Positions 1-13,290 of a stretch of 64,000 bases of DNA are shown one piece after another. The stretch's first letter is position 1. Every line of letters starts with the position of its first letter. A program made the translations under genes and the position numbers. Below the pieces are notes generated by a model. It was not told the DNA's origin. It worked only from the letters and a program-made list of their open reading frames with translations, and ran no database searches. The DNA comes from Mobula hypostoma (taxonomy: Eukaryota): assembly GCF_963921235.1 (NCBI RefSeq), contig NC_086104.1, positions 95,480,001 to 95,544,000 of the forward strand, read 5' to 3'.

Positions 1-183
1 TGATTTAGCACGGGGTTGAATGATGGAAAATGTAAAATATCTCATTTTGCCAGGGAAAAGAAAAATATTATAAAATTAATGAGTGATTGCAGAGTTGAGA
101 TACAAAAGATCTGGGCCTCCAATGCAAGATTCACGAAAGACTAGAATTCAGGTATAGAAAGCATTTAGCAAGTGTTATAAGAC

Positions 184-600
184 CATAAGACATGGGAGCA
201 GAATTAGCCCATTTGGCCCATTGCATCTGCCCTGCCATTCCATCATGGCTGATTTATTATTATCTTTCTCAATGCCATTCTCCTGGCTTTTCCCTGTACC
301 CTTTAATGCCCTTACTAATCAGGAACCTATCCACCTCCACTTTACCTATACCCCATGGCTTAGCTTCCACAGCTGTCTGTGCAATGAATTCCGCAGATTC
401 ACCACCCTCTAGCTGAAGAAATTCCTCCTCATCTCTGTTCTAAAGGGACATCCTTCTATTCTGAGGCTGTGCCCTTTGGTATTAGATTCTCCCTGTACAG
501 GAAACATCCTGTCCATGGTCACATTAACCCTTTCATTCCTGTGAAACTGCTCTGGACTTTCTCCAATCCTTTTTCTAGATAAGGGGCCCAAAATTGCTCA
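184..600 (-). mobile_element. CR1-type LINE, 3' end fragment
   Basis: Minus-strand ORF 409..591 reads like the CR1 ORF2 C-terminus (TKGHSLRIEGCPFRTEMRRNFFS); same sequence occurs on + at ~4150-4230. Confidence 0.75.
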
Positions 601-2165
601 GAATGTTATTGTTTGTTACCCAGGGAATTGGATACAAAAGTAGAGGTGAAGCTTCAACTTAGAGGGCATTGGTTAGTCCAGGTTACAGAAGACCTGATTT
701 ATGGAAATCCAGCTTTAAAACAAATTCTCCCATAAATTTCCAAGCCTTTTTCCAGGCAGAGAGTTAGTTACAGAAATGCAAATACCCTCAGGAGTTGTGG
801 AATAGCAGTAGCAGCTAAGCTAATTCATCTGGCCCTCTGTTGGTCGAGGTCAACCATGGATGTTGTGTTCTAGCTGTCGAAATCAATACACAAGCTAGAT
901 AATTCAAAAGACAACAAACAGGTCTTTGGGTAGAGGTATTGGCATGTAATGTTCCTGCACTAATCAAACAGGTGCTTTTGTTGAAGAACTCGGGCTACTG
1001 GTTGACAACAAGATGTCAGTTGGGAGATTCTGTTTGGAAACTGACAAGGCAAATCTCTTGTATTGACACTTGAGAAATACTTGGTCAAACAATGTGAAAT
1101 CCATCAATACTTTAAGGCCTTCAGAACTAGCCACTGGATGTGACCATTGCAATTGCCATGATTCTGTGCCATTGGGGGAAAGACAGTAACAAAGTGTTCA
1201 AAGTCATGGACTGTCATTGAATTTGGTCACTTCTGACGTGGAAAAATCAGTTTACAGACAGTTCCTAGGAACGGAACCCTTGTGGAGCCCAGGACTGCTT
1301 GTGTAGAATAAATCAGTCTCCTTATTTAACGAAGAATGATAATGTTTTGAAAACCATTAAAAGAAACTGTCACCTATGCTTGGAGCAAGGATGACAATGG
1401 AGCAGTATGATTAAATGTTTTCACTGTGTTATGTTAGCCATGGTTCACACAGCGTAACTTGCAGTGTGGGAGTGACAAACTGGGCTTGCTGCGACAAAAA
1501 CATGTACACTCAAAAGTCTGCACCAAAAGAGAGAGCCCTCCGCGTGTAGAGGACCCACCGTGAGCTTACCACACATTCTCGCAATGGATCCAATATGGTT
1601 CTGAAAGTTTACTAGACTAATATCCATAATGGGGAGGTGTCTTTTGAGGCTCTTTTTATTTCATCTCCTGTACAGTAGGATTGTACAAATCGAAATGCAA
1701 ACCCTCAGCCACAGCTACTACAGGCCAGGCATGAACATCCAGTCCAACCCCCACCCTAACTCCTCACATTCATTTTTCAACTTCCGGCTGTTAATTGGGA
1801 TCCAGCTTCTTGCCTTACAATCCCAGGAAGCCAAAGGAAGTCCAGCAACCCAGCGGATGCCATACCTATCATCAGCTTACTTAGCACAGCCGGACACAAG
1901 CTTGCACTTTTTGTCACTCAAGCTCTGTGTTTTCTCTGTCAATCCAGGAAGTTGCCTTTTAAGCTTGAAACTTAGTGGAATCTGGGCCAGCAGACACCGT
2001 TGAACTCCTCTTGTATAAGCTGTGCAGGAAGCAACGAGTCGGTCCACTTGCCTTTGCCCTTTCAGCAATAAGTTGTCCCCCAGTAAGATCATTTTACAGA
2101 TTTAGGGTCACTTTAGCACGGGTAAGACTAATGCCAGTGTATCTGATGCCGTGTATTCTATGCAG

Positions 2166-2298
2166 GGGCAAGCTGTGCGTCATTGATTGGAAAACCTCGG
2201 AGAAACCAAAGCCTTATTTTCGAAACACCTTCGACAACCCGCTGCAGGTGGCAGCGTATGCTGGGGCCCTCAACCACGACAACAACTATGACTTCCAG
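2166..2298 (+). CDS. MGME1: Mitochondrial genome maintenance exonuclease 1, penultimate coding exon (133 nt)
   Basis: AG at 2164-2165, GT at 2299-2300. Encodes [44 protein letters not shown], with the PD-(D/E)xK nuclease DWK and QxxxY motifs, closely matching human MGME1. Earlier exons lie upstream of the window. Confidence 0.95.
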
Positions 2299-2639
2299 GT
2301 CAGCTCACCTCATTCTTTTCATTGGACATTAGCTGGTGAGAATGGTGTGAAGGTCTGTATGCTCATCAGAAGATTGCCAGTTTTAGTCCTGACTCAGAAA
2401 CTCCTGAGTAAAATTTAGGTTGGCACTCTGTGCAGCACTGCCAAGTCTGCCCTCTCCCAGAACAAGACCCCCATTTGACTTGGTGGGAGAAGTAAACAGT
2501 CCCTTTGTGCCACGGGGCTCTTGCCCTGGGGAATTATTATTGCTCCTGCTGTAAAGCAGCTGTTAGTTTATGTCTGCAGAGGTTTGATCTATGCTTATGA
2601 GCTATTTACTATTTTAAAATCGCAACTACACCTCATTCA

Positions 2640-3000
2640 TGTACATTGTTCCACTCCCAACAGGAAAAAGGCTACACAGCGTCCACACCAGAACCACTAG
2701 ATTCCAAAACAGTTCTTTCCCCAAAGCTGTCAGGATGATCAGCACCTTCACCCATGAACCCGCCTCTAAATACACATCACCGAGCCTCACTTCACGTGCA
2801 CTCTCTGTAGAGAACAGTTACTTGTACACTGTTTTACAGGATTACTTTTATATTTATATTTATTCTGTTTTTTTGTTTTATTTTTTATTGTGCTCTTTAT
2901 GCATATTGTGTTGTTTTAATTCTGCGTTAGATCCAGAGTAACAATCATTTTGTTCTCTTTTACACTTGTGTACTGAAGTGTGACAATGAACAGTCTTCAA
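2640..3000 (+). mobile_element. Rex/Babar-type LINE 3' end
   Basis: LPTGKRLHSVHTRTTRFQNSSFPKAVR matches the LPSGRR...TTR..NSF.P.A C-terminus seen in several copies in this window, followed by a T-rich 3' UTR. Confidence 0.6.
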
Positions 3001-3834
3001 TCGTGTTCAGAGACAAATGCTTTGTGGTTATGGTTGTGAAAGGCTCTGCAGAATTCCATACTCCTGTTTATGAAAGATGTTGTGTATATTCTGTGGCTTT
3101 AAAGTGGGACAGGGAAACGGAACACCCTTCGCTATTTGGAGCTTCGCCAAAGTTAATGATCCTTGTCGGAGTATTGCCCAGGCTTTGGGCACCTGGAGTT
3201 TTTTTCCCATTGAAATCTAGAGGTCAATGGCTGGAGGACTTTGATTCTAAGCTCTCCTGTTAGGCCAGAGAGTGATGCTCTATGCCCAGAGAGATAACTA
3301 TGGTAGCAATTGTCAGTAACTACTTGGTAGTCCTCAAGAGATGGCAGATCTCTGTACACTGAATATAGTTGGAAACCCTAAGTGATGAACTTGCATTAGT
3401 TGAGGTTGCTCACCAAGATCACCAGCACTATACCAACTTGATAAGACAGTCAGGGTGTGAGGGAAAACTCGGAAACTGGCCCAGTAATTATCGGACCCAG
3501 TAATTGAAGGGTGTGTGTCGACCAGGACACAAGGGTAAAATCCCACATTCTTTGAAGAAGCAGATGGAGAGAAATTGTTTTCATTAGCAGAGGGCTTAAG
3601 ACCTAGTGAATACAGAATAAAAGGCAAAAGTATCAAAGGCGACACAGGAATATGTTTGCTGGTTAGTGGCTAATGTGCAGAATATACCACATAGGGTAGC
3701 ACTGGAGGCCGGTGGTTCCGTTCAAACAGGCAGCAGACTTTCTGGGGCGAGGGGAGAGGGGTGGGGGTGTAGGACAGGTCTTGGAGGTGGTTTGCACTCA
3801 ACTGGTTGATTCTGAGGAGCTAACTGGTTTAACA

Positions 3835-4437
3835 TTTTGAGAGGACTAGAATATGAAAGCAAGGATGTAGTGCTGGGCTTTATAAGGCATTGGTCAGACT
3901 GCAGACTGTACTTGGAGTATTCTGAGCAGTTTTGAGTCCCTTAGCTGGCATTGGAGAGGGTCAAGAGGAGATTCATGAAAATGATCCCAGGAATAAAAAG
4001 GTTAGCTTATGAAGAGTGTTTGATGGCTCTGGCTTGTTCTTGCTGGAGTTTAGAAGAATGGAGGGAGTGAATCTCATTGAGGCCTATTGAATATTGAAAG
4101 GCCTTGATAGAGTGTACGTGGGGATGATGTTTCCTATAGTGAGCCAGCCAAGGACCAGAGGTTACAGCCTCAGAATAGAAGGGTGCCCCTTTAGAACAGA
4201 GATGAGGAGGAATTTCTTTAGCCAGAGGGTGGTGAACTGTGGAATGCATTGCGATGGACAACTGTGGAAGCCAAGTCATTGGGTATGTTTAAAGTTAAGG
4301 TTTATAAGTCAGAGCATCAACAGTTACAGGAAAAAGGCAGGAGAATGGGGATGAGAGGGATAATAAATCAGGAATGATGGAATGTTGGAGTAGACGCAAT
4401 GGGCCAAGTAGCCTGATTTTGCTCCTCTGTCTTATGG
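3835..4437 (+). mobile_element. CR1-type LINE 3' portion
   Basis: RTRGYSLRIEGCPFRTEMRRNFFSQRVVN; ends in the family tail ...gctcctctgtcttatggt. Confidence 0.8.
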
Positions 4438-4593
4438 TATACCATTTGATTCACAAGGTGCTGCCCCAGCAGAGTACTGTAGTGATTGTCTGGAACTGAG
4501 CAGCCTCCAGCTCTTTGGTTCAATGTTGAAATTTATTTTTGAATTCCTTTACTCGTGCTGCTCCTGTAATGTGTTTCCCTTTAACTGTGGCAG

Positions 4594-4740
4594 GTTGAGC
4601 AGGGACTAATCGTGGTGGCCTACAAGGACGGCAGGCCGGCACACGCACACTTCATGGAGCCAAAGCTGCTTCTCACTTGCTGGCAGAGGTGGCTGCTTCG
4701 GCTGCAGAAGTACCAGGAGAAGATTGGCACTCCCACGTGA
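4594..4740 (+). CDS. MGME1: MGME1 terminal coding exon (48 aa + stop)
   Basis: Acceptor ...ttaactgtggcag (AG 4592-4593), phase 0 matches the previous exon. Encodes VEQGLIVVAYKDGRPAHAHFMEPKLLLTCWQRWLLRLQKYQEKIGTPT then TGA 4738-4740. Absent from the ORF track because it has no ATG start. Candidate polyA signals ATTAAA 4816-4821 and AATAAA 5232-5237. Confidence 0.95.
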   Translation, partial: VEQGLIVVAYKDGRPAHAHFMEPKLLLTCWQRWLLRLQKYQEKIGTPT

Positions 4741-5624
4741 GAGGAGCGAGTGACTGGGAAACCAACACCATGGCTCGGTCCCCAAAGTGACTCCTGATAC
4801 AGCACGAGTCAAATCATTAAATATAATCGAGAACAAGTTCGAGATTTTTCTGAGAGGTCAAGGGATATGGAGAGGTAGCAAGAACAGGACATTTGGATGA
4901 ATAGCCACAGTTATATTGAATGGTAGAGCAAGCTTGAAGAGCTGAATGGCCTACTCCTGTTCCTGTTTCCCTATTACATCAGTTCTAGGGTACTTTGAAC
5001 CAGCCTGAGCATGTGAGGAGACAGATATCAAACCATGTCTTTCCATCTGTTGACAGCACTATTATTACTAGCAACCTTCCCTATGTACCGTTTCTATTAC
5101 TGTATCCTCGACCAGCAGTCACCATGAACTGTTAAGGTTTGGTGACATCATTGGTGGATATAGACTGAAGCCCAAGACTCAGTCGTGGAGTAGTTGCAGC
5201 AGCCCACCAAATCCACTGCTGTCAAAACGGTAATAAATAGATGTTTATCTGACTGGCAAAGCAGAAGAACACATACTTCAACGTCTCTGCTTTTATTAGG
5301 GGCAAGGTTTGTCAGTGTAAGTGAAGTGTAAAGAAACTGCTTTATGATGTGTGCCCTGAAGCAATCCAAACACTTTCAGCAGAAAGACAAGGAAAGGGCC
5401 GCTGAGCCTAATGAGACCATACCAGCTCTACGTGAGACCAATCCATCCAGTCCCATTCTACAACCTGTCCCCATAACCCTGGAGATGGTTTCCTGTTAGA
5501 TGTATCTTGCTCTACAATTGAAGCGGCCACTACTGTGTCTACTGTATTCATATCCTGATGACTCACTGCATAAAGTTGTCTTCTCTTATCACTTGATTCA
5601 TTTGTCTTTCATTTTCAATCTGTA

Positions 5625-6170
5625 CTCAGTGGTCACTTTATTAGGTGCCTCCTGTAGCTAATGAAGTGGTCACTGAGTGAATGTTCATGGGCTTCTGCTG
5701 TTAGAGTCCATCTGCTTTGACATTCAACATGTTCTGCATTCCATGATGCTCTTCTGCCCACCTCTGTTGTAATGTGTACTTGTTTGAGTTACTGTCGCCT
5801 TCCTGTCAGCTTCAGCTAGTCTGGCCATTCTCCTTTGACCTCTTTCATTAACAAGGCATTTTTCACCCACAGAACTGCTGCTCACTGGATGTTTTTTTGT
5901 TTACTGCATCATTTTCTGTAAACTGAAAAGACTACTGTGCATCAAAATTGCAGAGGATCAGCAGTTCCTGAGATACTCAAACTACCCCATCTGGCACCAT
6001 GGTCAAAGTCACTAAGATCATGTTTCGTCCCCATTCTGATGTTTAGCCTGAACAACCGAACCTCTTGACCATATTTACATGCTTTTATGCATTGAGTTGC
6101 TGTCACATGATTGGCTGATTAGATATTTGCATGAATGAGTGGGTGTACAGGTGTACCTAATAAAATGGGC
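5625..6170 (-). mobile_element. Non-autonomous Tc1/mariner derivative (~545 bp)
   Basis: Terminal repeat CAGTGGTCACTTTATTAGGT at 5627, reverse-complement end ...acctaataaaatgg near 6155-6168; body is the reverse complement of the copy at 12262-12770. Confidence 0.7.
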
Positions 6171-6254
6171 TTTGGTGTATGTCCAGGTTTGTTGATGGCA
6201 TGGAACTGGGTGGCAGTGTGAGCTAGAGGAGGATGCAGCAAGGCTTCATGACGT

Positions 6255-7945
6255 GGGCAAGCTAAGTGAACGGGCAGGGATATGGCAGACAGGATATAAT
6301 GTGAAAAAATGAGAAAATCTGTGAATATTGGTAGAAACAACTATGAAGATGGGTACATTGTAAATGGTGAGAGGCTGAAAGATGTTGATGCACAGAGAGA
6401 CCTGTACACAAGTTATGTTGAAGTTGTGTAAGACATTGGTGAAGCCTGATTTGGAGTATATGTGCTGTTCTGTTCATCTAACTACAGGAAAGATATTAAT
6501 AAGATTGCAGAGAAAATTTACAAGGACTTGAGGACCCGAGTTATAGGGAAAGTTTGATTAGGTTAGGACTTTGTTTCCTGGAGTGTAGAAGAATAAGGGG
6601 TGATTTGATTGAGAGATATAGATAGGGTAAATGCAAGCAGGCCTTTTCCTCCAAGATTGGCCGGAATTAAAGGTCCTGGGTTGAGGGAAAAAATCTTCAC
6701 TCGGGGTGGCGAGAGTATGGAACAAGCTGCCAGCGGAAGTGGTGGATGCGGGTTCTGTTTCAGCATTTGGATAAGTACATGGAGGGCCGTGGTCACCCAG
6801 ACTAGGCAGAATGGCATGGACTGTATCAGCTGTAGGTCCTGTAGTACTCTGTCTCTAATGCACTGGCACAGCAAGCTTGTAGGTAATTAAATAGGGTGTA
6901 GACCTTTTTGCACGAGGATTTGAGTAGAAGAGTAAGCATGTGTTAATGCAATTATGACTCCCTGGTGGGACCACATCTGGAACACTGTGTGCAGCTCTAG
7001 GGTTTCTACTGGGAGGATATACCTGTGATGGAGGGAGTCCAACAAGGATTCATCCCTGAGATGGAGGGTTTGTCCGACAAGGAAAGGTTAGTAAGACTAG
7101 ACCTATACTGTTCAAAAGTCAGAATAGGGAGAAGTGATCTCATTGAAACACAAAGTTCTTACAGGACTTGACAGTAGATACAGGGAACATAGAATAGTAC
7201 AACACCGGACAGGCCAGTGGTCCAATCCTGATGCCAATGTCCTCCTCTTGTGTATTATGCATATCTCTCCACTCCCTTCACAGTCACATATCTATCTAAA
7301 AGTCTATTAAACTCCACCAAGCTGCCTGATTCCACTACCGCCTCCAGTAACCTATACCTATTCCACATACCTACTACCCTCTGCATTAAAAAAAACTTGT
7401 CTCTCACGATGCTTTTAAACTTTCCCCCTCTAACCTTAGAAACATGTCCTCAAGGTTTTGACATTTCTACCTTAGGGATAAGATTCTGTCTATCCTACCT
7501 ATGCTTCTCATAATTTTAACAGCCTTTATCAGGTCTCCCCTCAGCCTCTGACATTCCACGGAGAACACCCCAAGATTTTCCATCCTTTCCTTATAGCAGC
7601 ATCCTGGTAAACCTCTTTTGCGCCCTTTCCAAAGACTTCACATTCTTCCTCAAGAGGGGCGACCAGAACCACGCACAGTAGTCCCAGTACAGTTGGACAA
7701 ATGTTTGATATAGCTACAGAATGAGTCCCTTACTCTTGTATTCAGCACCCCTGCCAATGAGGGCAAGCATGCCATACATGTCTTTACCACCTCCTCCTCC
7801 TCCACTTGTGTTCCTGCTTTTGATGAGCTATGGAACTGGTTACTCTGTACCATAATGCTATTTAGGGGTCTGCAATTAACTGTTAACCATTAACACTTTC
7901 TCCGTTGATTTGACCCTCTAAAGTGCAACACCTCACACTTGGAGT
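6255..7945. mobile_element. Mosaic of degraded CR1 LINE fragments (+ at ~6255-7180, - at ~7185-7945)
   Basis: MRDIDRVNASRPFP...KIFTR and LEHCVQ-like CR1 ORF2 C-terminal remnants in both orientations. Confidence 0.6.
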
Positions 7946-8957
7946 CATAGGTCACCACAGCACTGAAACAGCCGTTTGGCCCATTTAGTCCATGCTAAAC
8001 TGTTATTCTTCTGAGTCCTGTTGACCCATACCAGACCTCTTGCCTGGATTAAACTCCCATCAGCCATTTCCCTGTTCATCGTGCTAATCCATCTGTGATG
8101 TTTCCTTGTCTCTGGTGCAGGGAATCCAGAGGTATATCTCACGTGGGCCAGCCATTCATAACCAAGATAAGTATTTTTCTTTCACTGAGAGTGCGGTGAT
8201 CTTGTTCAAGGTATGTAAGATTCTGTGGGAACTTGACTGCGTAGATGTTGAGATATTTCAGTTCAAGACTGGAAGACAATTACAAGATTAGTAGGCAGTT
8301 GTTTAAAACTGAGGTGAGTTGGAGCTTCTTCTCTTAGGCATTGGTAAATCTCTGGAATGTTCTGTCTGGGAGGATTATGGAGGCAAGATCAATGAGGGTA
8401 TTTAAAGGGAATGTAGAAAGATCTTTGAACGTTTGGGGAATTGGCACTGTGTTGAGGCCTGGGGCAGATCAGCCATGATCATATGGAATGACAGAATAGC
8501 CTTTGAAGGGGTGAGTAGCCTACTCCTGCTTCTACTACCTCCTGTAAGGTTTAGAGGGCATTGAAGGAAGAACCTCTGCACCCAGAGGGGTCTCAGAACC
8601 TGTCTGAAAGTGGGATGGAGAAAGAGACACAAAATTTCAGTAATGTCTAGATTTCTCCTTGAATTGCCAGGGCAGAGGAGGCTATAGACCATGTGCTGGT
8701 ATATGGTCGATGGCTAGTAAAGACATGGTGGGCTGAAGGGTCTATACTGTATCATTCATGAATGAGCATCTCTTAAAGGTTATCTCATATTGTCTCTTGT
8801 GGCCTTGACGTGTGCAAATTGCCAGTTTCCAGCTTCCTGCATTACATCACTGACCACTCTTCCATCATCGGTACTAAAGTCCTTTGGCATGTCCGATGGC
8901 CATTTTGTAACCAGGAATCCTTTTCTTCATTAATTCTCAAGACTGAACATTCTAGAG

Positions 8958-9022
8958 CAGGGTTTCCCAACATTTTTATGCCATGGACCCCTACCATTAA
9001 CTGAGGGGTCTGTGAATCCCTG
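8958..9022. mobile_element. 65-bp hAT (Charlie/Buster-type) MITE with 8-bp TSD
   Basis: Starts CAGGGTTTCCCAAC, ends ...AATCCCTG; flanked by a perfect TTCTAGAG at 8950-8957 and 9023-9030 (central TA, the Buster-type target). Confidence 0.8.
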
Positions 9023-9254
9023 TTCTAGAGCTGCTTGGAAGTTTTACAAAGACAACACTGAGGCTTCTTGCAGTCAGAACACAGTCAAAGCCCAGAGTTC
9101 CCCACAACCTTGACAATGTGGTTTGAAGTGGTTGACATGCAATCTGCAGAATAAACAACCCAACTTTGTTTTCTGAAGTGATTCTTAAGAACGGTTTCAA
9201 GCAGAATATGTAACTGCTGAAGGGACTGGGAAGACATTGACTATAAATCATATC

Positions 9255-10047
9255 TTCATATCCCTGCCAGTAGTACAAGTGCTACAACTGCCCCTTCACC
9301 TCCTCCCTCAGCACCGTTCAGGGCTCCAAACAGTCCTTCCAGGTGAGGTGACACTTCACCTGCAAGCCTTTTGGGGTCATATCCTGTGGCCAGCGCTCCT
9401 GATGCAGCCTTCTCTACATAGGTGCTACCCGACGTAGACTGCAGCACTGCTTTGTCGAGCCCCTCACGCCACCCATAACAGGCAGGATTTCCCTGGGTCC
9501 ACACATTCACATTCCCATTCCAACATGTCGGGCCATGGCTTAGGCCATTCTCAGGTTGGAGGAGCAACATCTCATATTCTGTCTAGGTAGCTTCTAGCTT
9601 GACGGCATGAACATTGATTTATCTAACTTCCAGTGATTTCTCTCACATCCTCCTTCTCTCTTTTTCCATTTGCCATGGCTCCCCTCTTACCCCTTCTCTT
9701 CTTACTTCTCACCTCCCTCTGGTGCCCCTCCCCCATTCCCATGGTCCACTCTCTTCTCCAATCAAATATCTCCTACTTCAGCCCTTTACCTTTTCCACCT
9801 ATCAGCTCCCAGCTTCTCACCCACCCACCATCCCCTCACCTGGCTTCACCTATCATTTGTCAGCTTGTAACCCTCCCACCTTCTTGTGTCTGGCTTATTC
9901 CCCCTTCCCTTCCGGTTTGGGTGATGAGTCTCAGCACAAAATGTCAACTGTTTAATTCCCCTCCATAGATGCTGCCTGACCTACTGAGTTCCTCCAGTAT
10001 CTTGTGTGTGTGGCCCTGGATTTCCAGCATCTGCAACATCTTGTGTC
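9255..10047 (+). mobile_element. Penelope-like element 3' part (degenerate GIY-YIG region + terminal repeat)
   Basis: cagggctccaaacagtccttccaggtgagg...ggggtcatatcctgtggccagcgctcctgatgcagccttctctacatagg resembles the V-I-Y-C-x-x-C-x-x-C-x-L-x-Y-I-G GIY-YIG stretch; CT-rich tract; terminal gatgctgcctgacctactgagttcctccag. Homologous to 18350-19680 and 37150-38310. Confidence 0.75.
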
Positions 10048-10660
10048 TTCATGTAAAGTATTTATTTTTACAAAGTGTCGTACTTTTTCTGGCTAGTAAA
10101 GCATTTTGAAAATCTCTGAAAGTTGAGAAATTTGCACAAAATATTGGAAGTTCACCATGTTTTTCCTTTATGTGCATGTTTTATTTTCCAACCTCCAAAT
10201 TTATAAGTGGATACAGTGCATACTTTGGAGCTAAATGTACCCAGAACCAAACATTAAAGAGCAAAGAAGATGATTGACAGGAAAGACTGCTGAGAAATGC
10301 TGAAAAGCCCCAAACATTGCTCAGACACTGAGCCTTAATGTAATTGTCCTTTGAAGCGGCTCAATTGATTGGGTCAAATTGTAAGTACCATCACCTTCCC
10401 AGACACGGGATAGAAGGACAAAGATTCCATCCATGACTGTAGGGCCCTAGAGTTAATCTCCTTTTCACAGGACCTGAAAATATGATCTGATCTCTGTGTA
10501 TCAGCAACAGCCTAAATATCCTCTCTGATTCATCTACCTGGCAGACAGGTCAAAGGGGATTGGTTGACACTGATAGGAAACACAGCAGGAACTATCTCCT
10601 TGGCACCAACCATCAAGTTAAAGCATTGAAGCTTCAGTGTAGGCTCTAATACCTTTGTTC

Positions 10661-11065
<405 letters not shown>

Positions 11066-11254
11066 TCAGACTATAGAGGTACACAATACCTTGCTGACAG
11101 TACCAGGGGAGCTTGTTTCTCTGAGGAAGTTTCAGAAATAAGTTGAGCCTCATGCAATGTCCAGGGGACAACTTGTATTTTATTACATTGCAAGTTAGCT
11201 CCGGCAGACTAGGTAGATGAGATCCAGTGCTTCATGAAGAACAGAGGGCATATC

Positions 11255-11440
11255 AAGGCACAGAAGAAGTCATAGTCATCCACTGCAACCAAGGAATATA
11301 CCAGTTGTGACAGCTGTTTGAACCACTGGACCCAGACATCAGAGGCCGAGAGAGTGAAACTGCCCCAGTGCAACAGCTTTTCCATTTTAAAAACTCTCCT
11401 GCAAAGGCTCTGTCACCGTTGGATACGACAGACAACCAAT
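11255..11440 (+). repeat. Dispersed repeat, second copy at ~45930-46115 (family unassigned, possibly RTE-related)
   Basis: Both copies share atccactgcaaccaaggaa...gacccagac...gagag.g.aactgccccagt.caa..gcttt.cc..tttaaa. Confidence 0.55.
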
Positions 11441-11679
11441 CATTTTACATCACATGGGGGGGCAGGGCTAATGAAAGGGGTAACAATGGTGATGGGATGT
11501 CAAAACCAAAGAATCACAAGCAGGGGTAAGCCACTTGGACTTTAAGTCTGCTCCACCGTTCAGTGGGATCATGTCTGATCTTCCACCTCTGCCACTTTTC
11601 TATGGTTCTCGATTTCCCCAAGAATCCAGAAATCTATCAATCCCTGTTTTGAGTGAACTCAGTGGCTTAACCTCCATAT

Positions 11680-11895
11680 TTAGAGATACAACAAGGTAAC
11701 AGGCCCTTCTGGCCCAGTGAGCTCTTGGCACCTAATTACACCCATGGGACCATTCTCCTACTGAGCAGTGTGTCTTTGGAATGTGGGAGAGAACCGGAAC
11801 CGACATGGTCACAGGGAGAATTTTACACACTCCTTACGGATCATGGCAGGAGTTCAACCCTGCCATTATAATAGCATTACAGTAATGCTACCTGC
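11680..11895 (-). mobile_element. V-SINE (HE1-like) fragment
   Basis: tgtctttggaatgtgggagagaaccggaac...gtcacagggagaa is the reverse complement of the V-SINE central domain. Confidence 0.55.
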
Positions 11896-12149
11896 GTGGA
11901 TTTGAGCACGGTGAAAGGTGGAGTCCAGAGGCAATATATGCTGGCTACCACCCTTCCCCACACTGAACTTTGAGGCAGGATCTTGATCTGTGTTGACAAT
12001 TCCTCCCCTAAGACTGACTACATTTGTCACTTAACCCGGAGAGTTCCCCCCGGCAGCTTGTTTGTTGAACCTCAAAATTCTTCTGAACTCGAGAAAACAC
12101 AGACTAGATTTTTTCAATCTCTTATATGGTACATCTGTCTTCCCTGGGA

Positions 12150-13290
12150 GCAGCAATGTCAGAATCAGGTTTATTATGACTGGCATATGTCATAAAATGT
12201 GTTGTTTTGCAGCAGCAGTACAGAGCAATACACAAAACATATTATAAATTATAATAAATATACTACTTTATTCCTTATACCTGTACACCTGCTTGTTAAT
12301 GCAAATATCTAATCAGCCAATCATGTGGCAGCAACTCAACGTATAAAAGCATGCAGACATGGTCAAGAGGTTCAGTTGTCACTCAGACCAAACATTAGAA
12401 TGGGAAGGAAATGTGATCTAAGTGACTTTGACTGGGGAATGTTTGTTGGTGCCAGATCGGGTGATTTGAGTATCTCAGAAACTGCTGACCTCCTGGGACT
12501 TCCACGCACAGAAGTCTCCAGAATTTACAGGGAATACTGCAAAATAAAAAAAACATCCTGTGGGCAAAATCTCCTTGTTATGAGAGAGATCAAAGGAGAA
12601 TGGCCAGACTGGTTCAAGCTGACAGGAAGGCGACAGTAACTCAAATAACCACCTGTTACAACAGTGGAGTGCAGAAGAGCCTTGAAGTGGATTGGCTACA
12701 GCAGCAGAAGATCATGAACACGCACTCAATGGCCACTTTATTAAGTACAGGAGATATCTAGTAAAATGTATATAAAAAAAGTAGTGCAGAAAGAGCAACA
12801 ACAGTAAGGTAGTGTTCGTGGGTTCATTGTCAGTTTAGAAATCTGATGGCAGAGGGGAAGAAGCTGTTGCTAAAACAGTTTGTATCTTCAGGCTCCTGTA
12901 CCTCCTCCCTTATGGCAGTGATGAAAGGAGGGTGACTCCTGGATGATGGGGGTCCTTAATGATGGATGCTGCCTTTTGAAGATGTCCTCGATACTGGGGA
13001 GGCTGCTGCCATGGTGGAGCGGGCTGAGTTTACAACCTTCTGCAGCTTTTTACGATCCTGTGCATTGGCTCCTCCATATCAGACGGTGATGCAACCAGTT
13101 AGAATGTTCTCCTAAGTACATCTGCAGAAATTTGCTAGTCTTTGGTGACATACCACGTCTCCTCAAACTCCTAATGAAATGTATCCACTGGTGTGCCTTC
13201 TTCATAATTGTATCAATATGTTGGACCCAGGATAGACCCTCAGATGTTGATCCTTGAAGCTGCTCACCCTTTCCACAGCCGACCCTTCAA
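12150..13290 (-). mobile_element. Rex/Babar-type LINE 3' fragment, interrupted by the Tc1 derivative
   Basis: tcaggctcctgtacctcctccc...gatggatgctgcc shared with 46620-47775, 53090-53480, 56280-56880 and 63050-63480. Confidence 0.65.
12262..12770 (+). mobile_element. Non-autonomous Tc1 derivative carrying a transposase N-terminal HTH remnant, nested in a Rex/Babar-type LINE end
   Basis: ORF 12325..12639 contains MGRKCDLSDFDWGMFVGARSGDLSISETADLLGLPRTEVSRIYREY (Tc1 HTH); terminal repeat cactcaatggccactttattaagtac at ~12723. Confidence 0.75.

Noticed and set aside
1975-2418. 147-aa ORF as a stand-alone gene
   Set aside because: It is the 133-nt MGME1 exon plus open intronic flanks.
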